Of a DNA stretch of 64,000 nucleotides, positions 58,299 to 64,000 are shown piece by piece (within the stretch, counting starts at the first letter, position 1; each line of letters opens with the position of its first letter). The stretch covers positions 5,740-69,739 of the forward strand of contig JAIORP010000158.1 in NCBI GenBank assembly GCA_021108075.1, written 5' to 3'. Below the pieces are notes generated by a model. The model did no database searches, was not told the origin of the DNA, and saw only the letters and a list, made by a program, of their open reading frames with translations. Made by a program: the position numbers and the translations under genes. The DNA comes from Candidatus Omnitrophota bacterium. Lineage in GTDB: Bacteria; Omnitrophota; Gorgyraeia; Zapsychrales; Zapsychraceae.

Positions 58299-60196
58299 TT
58301 CCTCTCACAGTCATCAATCAACTCCTCACAGGCTTTTAAGCTCTGTTGCATCTTACTTTTATCGATGGTCATGGAAGCGAAACGGACCTCATCGCACTGC
58401 AGACAAATGTCCTTAAGTTTTTGGTATTGATTTTCTTCCATGTTCTTACTTTTAACAATCGGATCCAGCTTATCAAACGTCAAACCCTGTGACGGCAAAT
58501 GCAGTTTATTGCCGAAATAATTTCGCAGTGTTTTAAAAATCTGGTTGTAAAAATCCTCTGGTTGGTTTTGCTCTAAAAACTTACGGGCGGCTTTTATCCC
58601 CTTACGGGCGGCTTTTGGAGCTTTAAGACGACGCGCATACGCGATATCTGTTTTAATTTTCTGATTATGATTAAAGAGGATTAGAAAAACAATGAATATC
58701 AGTGTGATAATAACATACCATAACTTTATTTTCAGACTTTTGTAGAACCGATAATTTACGGTATAAATTGGGCCGGCCTTTTCCTTAATAAAAATAATAT
58801 CGCGGCCTAATGTTTCTTGGACCGTTTGCACCACGGTTGTTGCCGGGTGCGCTATGACCGTTAAGGCTTGATCATTTAAGGACTTCTCAACGGTTATCGC
58901 GAAGGGCCCCTGTTTGATCGTTTGATATTTTTTGGTCTGGGGGTCAAAATAGGAAAAGGCCAACGCGGGGACCTGGCGAATCTTATCTGATTTAGGGATT
59001 AAAACCTGTTCTAATGTCTTAATCGAATGATCCTCTTTGACTTCAGGTTCGTAAACTTTAAATTTGTCATCTTCGATATGCGACGGTATCCTGACCTGTC
59101 TTAAGTCACCCCGGCCACGGATCCGGGCCTTCAGTGTGATCGGGTCGCCCACATTCACGGTTGTTGGGCTTGCCGCAACTTGGAACGTAAACTGGCCGAC
59201 AGCCCCTGAGAAAGTGGCTGGTTGACCTTCATTCGGTAAGGGCAAAATATTCATCCTCTGAGCATCCGCCCGCACAGCATACGGCCTCTTTTCGACCCGG
59301 CCAAAAAATTCATCAAAGAAGTCCTCGCTCATCATGGCGCCACCAAAAAAATCTTCTTCAAAAATGGAACGACGTCTTTTCTGACGTTGGCGCCGCAAAC
59401 TGCAGTTAAGCTGCACCGGGCCAAAATCTAAAGAACCGGTCCGTTGAGGATAAACGGTTGTCTTGAATTCAAGAATCTCAAAGCGAACCCCGTCGATACT
59501 GTCTTCATACCGCCGCGGTTGTTGGAAGTCCCCGGAAAAGAATCCCGTCTTCTCAAACACTGGAAACTGAATATCCCCAACAGAAAGACCACTGACAGAC
59601 AGTTTGATCGTGACCGGGATTTCTTCATACAGGTAATAATCTTTTCGGGGGATATCAACCTGAAGAAAAATTCGATCCTCCAGGGCAACCGGTTCCTGAG
59701 ATTGTTGCGGTGAATACTGTTGATGGGGCGTGACTTTATTATAAACCTCAATCTTCAGAGGTTGTGTTGTGTATGTTTTCCCCTTGATTGACAATGACAT
59801 GGCGGGGACCTGAAATGTTCCTGTCCTCTCAGGATATAAGGCAAACGTATGCGACTGGGACTGCGATGACTTGCCGTTGACCCAGGAAAAACTTGTTGAA
59901 GGGTGCAAATACCGCGCTTGAAAACCATCCAACGGGGGTAAATTCACTTGCCCGACTTGCGCGCCATAAATGGTGACTGTTAATTGAACCGAACCATCCA
60001 AAGGAACACGGCTCCGGTTAACGGTGGTCTCGACGGAAATATCTCCTGCTACGGCCATCCGCGGTTGCGCGAGAATAATGCTCCATATACACACCAATCC
60101 CATCAACCACCTCAACACAGAAGCGTGGCCATATGTGCGCCGTAAAAATTTATGATTCATCGTCAGCACACGCATAATTTCACCAATCTCGCTCAA
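58289..60196 (-). CDS. batD: BatD-like protein
   Basis: 635 aa with a signal peptide, a long beta-rich periplasmic region, a TM helix and a C-terminal cytoplasmic tail. Position in the bat operon. Probable start at the internal M at about 60175. Confidence 0.65.
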   Translation of the reverse strand: MSEIGEIMRVLTMNHKFLRRTYGHASVLRWLMGLVCIWSIILAQPRMAVAGDISVETTVNRSRVPLDGSVQLTVTIYGAQVGQVNLPPLDGFQARYLHPSTSFSWVNGKSSQSQSHTFALYPERTGTFQVPAMSLSIKGKTYTTQPLKIEVYNKVTPHQQYSPQQSQEPVALEDRIFLQVDIPRKDYYLYEEIPVTIKLSVSGLSVGDIQFPVFEKTGFFSGDFQQPRRYEDSIDGVRFEILEFKTTVYPQRTGSLDFGPVQLNCSLRRQRQKRRRSIFEEDFFGGAMMSEDFFDEFFGRVEKRPYAVRADAQRMNILPLPNEGQPATFSGAVGQFTFQVAASPTTVNVGDPITLKARIRGRGDLRQVRIPSHIEDDKFKVYEPEVKEDHSIKTLEQVLIPKSDKIRQVPALAFSYFDPQTKKYQTIKQGPFAITVEKSLNDQALTVIAHPATTVVQTVQETLGRDIIFIKEKAGPIYTVNYRFYKSLKIKLWYVIITLIFIVFLILFNHNQKIKTDIAYARRLKAPKAARKGIKAARKFLEQNQPEDFYNQIFKTLRNYFGNKLHLPSQGLTFDKLDPIVKSKNMEENQYQKLKDICLQCDEVRFASMTIDKSKMQQSLKACEELIDDCERKWK

Positions 60197-61199
60197 CTTT
60201 TCTCATTTTTAGATATTCCTCCGGGGGAATAAAAATTATTTGCTGTTGCTGTTGCTGCATATATTGATCTAATAACATCATCGCTTCTTTCTTATCTAAC
60301 CGGTCAGAGGCATCCTCATCAAAAAGCATATTCGCGCGATCTTCAGTGGCAGCATCCTTCTTTTCACCCTTGGATTTCTCTTGGGCGACTGAATCCTTCT
60401 CTCCTTTACCCCTGGCGTCTTCTGCCTGCTCATCTTCCTGGCCAGCCGGCTCGCCATCCTTGCCCTGCCTGCTTTTGTCTTTCTCCTCTTGCCCCGGCTG
60501 ATTCATTTTATTCTCCGTCTTCTCATCCTGTTTTTTATTTTGAGAACCGTTGTTATTCAGCGGACACGTTTTATTGGGATCTTTCCGCTGTTCATCCCCC
60601 TCCTGGTTTTGCTGACCTTTTTCTTGTTCTTTCTGCTGTCGCTCCAGGGCTTTCTTATACTCTTCATATTTCTTTTCGACAAACGCCCGATTAAATGTGA
60701 CATCCTCATCCTGACTGTCGATCGCAAGGGCCTTATCATATTCTTCCATGGCTGATTCCAGTAACGTCACCGCTTCAGGCAATTGCGTGTCCGCCTGCTC
60801 TTCCCCTAAACGGTACAATGTGTTGCCCAAATTGTAATACGCTTTTTGACGCAAGGACGGCTCATCACCCAACAAGGATTGGTAAAAGTAATTCAGCGAT
60901 TCATTATAGTCTTGTTTTTTATAATGGGCTGTTCCCAAATTAAAACTTATAATAGCATCATTCGGCTGTTGTTCTATACCTTTTTCATACGCCTGGACCG
61001 CGGCACCATACATCCCTTTTTGATAAAAACGATTTCCTTTTTTTACGTCTGTACCGACCGCCGCCTGCGCACTTCCATGCCAACAAGCAGTCAGCAGGAG
61101 CAGCGCAATGAGAGGACATATGTTAAATTTCAAAATCCGTTCCTTCATCTGTTTCAGACCTTCTTCACTTTTCGAGTCGTTAATAATGTTTCCCAACAC
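60180..61199 (-). CDS. batC: BatC-like TPR protein with a long acidic/basic low-complexity tail
   Basis: Signal peptide, TPRs (AYYNLGNTLYRLGEEQ), then a K/E/Q-rich tail. Probable start at the internal M at about 61148. Confidence 0.65.
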   Translation of the reverse strand: MLGNIINDSKSEEGLKQMKERILKFNICPLIALLLLTACWHGSAQAAVGTDVKKGNRFYQKGMYGAAVQAYEKGIEQQPNDAIISFNLGTAHYKKQDYNESLNYFYQSLLGDEPSLRQKAYYNLGNTLYRLGEEQADTQLPEAVTLLESAMEEYDKALAIDSQDEDVTFNRAFVEKKYEEYKKALERQQKEQEKGQQNQEGDEQRKDPNKTCPLNNNGSQNKKQDEKTENKMNQPGQEEKDKSRQGKDGEPAGQEDEQAEDARGKGEKDSVAQEKSKGEKKDAATEDRANMLFDEDASDRLDKKEAMMLLDQYMQQQQQQIIFIPPEEYLKMRKVERDW

Positions 61200-62161
61200 A
61201 ACAAAATAAACGCCATGAACAAAGGATATTGAAAGCGCTCATGATAACGTTTTTCCATTTGGCTTTTAAACTCAACCTTTTCAAACTTCGATAAATATTG
61301 ATCGTAGATCACATCCAGGCCGAATTCCGCTCCACTGGACCGCACATAAACACCCCCGGTTGTCAGGGCAATATCTTGCATAATTTTTTCATTTAACCGG
61401 GATTTAACAAAATTTCCGTCTTTGTCCTTTAAGAATTCTGACTGTCCTAAATCATTCTTCACACGAATCAACTCCCCTTCTTTTGTCCCGATACCCACAC
61501 AGAATATCTTAATGTTATCCTGAAGGGCCTTCTTCGCCAATTCCAAAACATTGCCTTGAAGATCTTCACCATCTGTAATAATAACCAACGCTTTATGTTT
61601 ACTTGAGATATCTTTATAACTCTGCAGGGCTTCAGCAATCGCCTCGCTGATGGAGGTTCCACCCCGGGGAATCGTCGAGGTATCAACATGTTCAAGGGTC
61701 AGGAGGAAACCATCATAGTCTGTTGTTAATGGACAAATCATAAAACTGCCTCCGGCAAAGGCGATCAAACCCACCCGGTCTCCCTTAAGTTTCTTTAATA
61801 GGTCTCTAATCGCAAGCTTGGACCTTTCCAGACGGTTCGGCTTAACATCCTGCGTCAGCATGCTCTTTGACGTATCGATCGCGACCATAATATTGATGCC
61901 CTCCCGTTTGATCTCTTGCCAATCAAATCCCCATTGCGGCCGGACCAAAGCCAGTAAAACAAAAATGTACACACAAATGAGCAGAACAGCCTTCCCCTTC
62001 TCTCGTCGCTGGATAAAGTCCGGGATGATCGACGGCCAGAGATGGGCCGCGATAAAACACTGTCTTTGTTTATTTTTGAAAGCCAGCCGGATGAAAATAA
62101 AAAGACTCAACCCGATGATCACCCAGGTAAAATGTAACATGTGTTGTGCGGCTAATTTCAT
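61154..62161 (-). CDS. batB: BatB-like von Willebrand factor A domain membrane protein
   Basis: Two N-terminal TM helices and a vWA MIDAS motif (IMVAIDTSKSM...GDRVGLIAFAG...TDG). Confidence 0.8.
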   Translation of the reverse strand: MKLAAQHMLHFTWVIIGLSLFIFIRLAFKNKQRQCFIAAHLWPSIIPDFIQRREKGKAVLLICVYIFVLLALVRPQWGFDWQEIKREGINIMVAIDTSKSMLTQDVKPNRLERSKLAIRDLLKKLKGDRVGLIAFAGGSFMICPLTTDYDGFLLTLEHVDTSTIPRGGTSISEAIAEALQSYKDISSKHKALVIITDGEDLQGNVLELAKKALQDNIKIFCVGIGTKEGELIRVKNDLGQSEFLKDKDGNFVKSRLNEKIMQDIALTTGGVYVRSSGAEFGLDVIYDQYLSKFEKVEFKSQMEKRYHERFQYPLFMAFILLCWETLLTTRKVKKV

Positions 62162-62189
62162 TATGATCTCAGTTTCTATCGTTTGAATT

Positions 62190-62293
62190 ATACCAATTCC
62201 ATTAAATAATGACCAAACCCAATTCTGCTTTTCTCGACGATTTAGCGAGAATATCAGAATTAAGATAGAGCAATTTATTAATGGATTTGGTAT
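62190..62293. repeat. 104-bp variant of the element carrying a ~22-bp internal insertion (orientation A)
   Basis: ataccaattccattaaataatgaccaaacccaattctgcttttc[tcgacgatttagcgagaatat]cagaattaagatagagcaatttattaatggatttggtat. Confidence 0.85.
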
Positions 62294-62299
62294 TATATC

Positions 62300-63319
62300 T
62301 CACGGTAGTGTCATCAAGACGGTCCATCTTAAGGTCACCTCTATGGTTAATAACAGCATCGCCCCTAACAAAATAAACGGGAACAACTGTTTGTATTCTT
62401 TGTAGCCCGTTTCTTCACGCTCTGTTTTTTCAAGACGGTCAATTTCATTGTAGATGTCTTTTAACGACTCCGTGTCCGTCGCCCGAAAATATTGACCGTC
62501 CGAGATGGAGGCCAGTTCCTTTAGAAGCCCTTCATCCATATCAATGCGGACATTTTGCATGATCGTGCGTCCGAATAAATCCTGGACAGGAAAAGGAACG
62601 CGCCCCTTGGACCCGGCACCAATGGTATACACTTTTATCCCCAGTGCCCGCGCAGCTTTTGCAGCATCCAGGGGTTGAAACTGGCCGGCATTATTCTTCC
62701 CGTCTGTCAACAAAATCACAATCTTGCTTTTAACATCCCGTTCTTTTAAACGGGTTAGAGACGTCGCCAGTGCCGATCCGATCGCTGTTCCATCTTCCCT
62801 GATCAGGCCTAACTCAACACGGTCCAAATTCATTTTAATCCAATCATAATCTGTCGTTAAGGGCGAAATCGTATACGCCCGCGCCGCAAAAACGACAATC
62901 CCGATCCGGTCCCCCCTCCGTTGAGATATGAAATCTTTGACCACGTCCTTGACCACGGCCAAACGGTTCACGCGCCTTCCCTTAATAACAAAATCCTGGG
63001 CAGCCATACTCCCGGAGGCATCTATGGCCAAAATAATGTCAATCCCTTCCGTCTTAATCTCGGTCTGCTGCAGGATTTGCCGCGGGCCAGCTAAGGCCAA
63101 TAGAAAAAGCACAAGGACAAAGAGACGAAGAAACGGTAACCATTTCAGGGCGCGCGCACGCCATGAGACCTTCACATCCTTCATGATGTTGACCGAAGAA
63201 AACCGGAATGAAACGGGCCGCTGACGTTTAAGCAGATAAATCATCCCGGCCACACACACGGGGATGAACCATAACAGCCAGGGGTCTTTGAACGATATCA
63301 TTGTCATAAGGTTTATCAT
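62300..63319 (-). CDS. batA: BatA-like von Willebrand factor A domain membrane protein
   Basis: N-terminal TM helices and a vWA MIDAS motif (IILAIDASGSM...GDRIGIVVFAA...LLTDGKNN). Confidence 0.8.
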   Translation of the reverse strand: MINLMTMISFKDPWLLWFIPVCVAGMIYLLKRQRPVSFRFSSVNIMKDVKVSWRARALKWLPFLRLFVLVLFLLALAGPRQILQQTEIKTEGIDIILAIDASGSMAAQDFVIKGRRVNRLAVVKDVVKDFISQRRGDRIGIVVFAARAYTISPLTTDYDWIKMNLDRVELGLIREDGTAIGSALATSLTRLKERDVKSKIVILLTDGKNNAGQFQPLDAAKAARALGIKVYTIGAGSKGRVPFPVQDLFGRTIMQNVRIDMDEGLLKELASISDGQYFRATDTESLKDIYNEIDRLEKTEREETGYKEYKQLFPFILLGAMLLLTIEVTLRWTVLMTLP

Positions 63320-63336
63320 CTGAGCACCAAAAAATT

Positions 63337-63418
63337 ATACCAAATCCATTAATAAATTGTTCTATCTTAATTCTGAAAAGCAAAATTGGTTTTGGTCATT
63401 ATTTAATGGAATTGGTAT
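63337..63418. repeat. 82-bp MITE/REP-like element, copy 8 (orientation B)
   Basis: ataccaaatccattaataaattgttctatcttaattctgaaaagcaaaattggttttggtcattatttaatggaattggtat. Confidence 0.9.
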
Positions 63419-63439
63419 TATTACCTCTTTATAAACGCC

Positions 63440-64000
63440 TTAAGCCTTCACATGCACGGCGGTTGATGGTTGTGTTTCCATAATAAAATTTTTCGTCATT
63501 GTCGCTGCCGCTTCAATTTCTTTTTCCGACGGGCCGTATTTGGCAAACTTAACCATGTCGCAGCAAGCCAAAAAATCTCTCAGAATCTGTTTATGTTCCG
63601 CACATAACACCCGGGTCTTATTCATCGCGTCTAAAAACTCAGGTGTTGTCATTTCCGGAGCCCTGAGGTCAAATTGACGTTCGATGTAATAACGGACAAT
63701 GTCCGACAGCCGCGAGAAATATTCTTTAATCTGACCTGAAGCAGGCAAATTCCGGGCCATGAGGGACTCCAACTCTTCAAGGGCGATCTCCCAGGCTGGC
63801 CGGCGAGGAACAGCCGGTTTGAGCTGTTTCGCGCTTTTTCGCTGTGACCCCTTTCTAAACACAAACCAAGATAGAACAGCAAGACAAAGGAGTACTCCGA
63901 TGGTCAGTAAAAACCAAAAATTTAAAGGATACGCCACCGGCGGTTTGATGTCGCGGATATCTTCGAGCGGTTCTGTGGCCGAACATAAAGAAACGGACAA
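63440..64000 (-). CDS. DUF4381-like membrane protein of the MoxR/DUF58/Bat operon (5' end beyond window)
   Basis: One TM helix (FWFLLTIGVLLCLAVLSWFVF) and the conserved C-terminal CDMVKFAKY motif typical of the protein encoded just upstream of batA. The ORF runs to the window edge. Confidence 0.55.
   Translation of the reverse strand: MSVSLCSATEPLEDIRDIKPPVAYPLNFWFLLTIGVLLCLAVLSWFVFRKGSQRKSAKQLKPAVPRRPAWEIALEELESLMARNLPASGQIKEYFSRLSDIVRYYIERQFDLRAPEMTTPEFLDAMNKTRVLCAEHKQILRDFLACCDMVKFAKYGPSEKEIEAAATMTKNFIMETQPSTAVHVKA

Noticed and set aside
12854-63418. Are the 82-bp repeats integron attC sites flanking gene cassettes?
   Set aside because: The copies are dispersed over 50 kb in both orientations rather than forming a same-orientation tandem cassette array. 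They lack the RYYYAAC / GTTRRRY core sites and no intI gene is present. The TIR + TA-flank structure fits a MITE better.
1-64000. CRISPR array, tRNA or rRNA genes
   Set aside because: No regularly spaced short direct repeats with unique spacers. No cloverleaf-compatible segment with a GTTCRANYC T-loop in any intergenic region. No rRNA-like sequence.

Overview
This is an AT-rich (roughly 40% GC) bacterial chromosomal segment with the gene content of a strict anaerobe, and most genes are on the minus strand. High-confidence housekeeping and redox genes are cobalamin-dependent methionine synthase (metH), class III anaerobic ribonucleotide reductase with its activase (nrdD-nrdG) and two NrdR-box-like palindromes upstream, pyruvate:ferredoxin oxidoreductase, a DoxX/DsbA pair, and a batA-E aerotolerance operon preceded by a partial DUF4381 gene. 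Regulatory genes are two cytoplasmic/membrane histidine kinases and an ECF sigma/anti-sigma/LTXXQ envelope-stress triad. The most unusual content is a large envelope-glycosylation-like gene set on the minus strand. It contains a GtrB/ArnC-like polyprenyl-phosphate glycosyltransferase, a radical SAM/SPASM enzyme, an uncharacterised 702-aa polytopic membrane protein, and three tandem, translationally coupled modules of a YfhO-family GT-C membrane protein plus a membrane-anchored TPR protein. A fourth ArnT/PMT-like membrane protein and four uncharacterised secreted or anchored proteins sit in the same operon as the third module. Superimposed on all of this is a dense family of ~82-bp MITE/REP-like palindromic elements: ten copies in 64 kb, including a 104-bp insertion variant, a deleted variant, and a 106-bp variant with the same terminal inverted repeats (TIRs) but a different core. 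The elements sit exactly at gene boundaries, and three single genes (an AlkD-like glycosylase, a LolA-like lipoprotein, batA) are each bracketed by a pair of copies. No transposase, CRISPR array, tRNA or rRNA was found. An AmmeMemoRadiSam-type radical SAM gene without its usual partners, followed by a 54-aa twin-arginine-signal mini-ORF, and a NosR/NapH-like FMN-binding Fe-S membrane protein are further items of interest.
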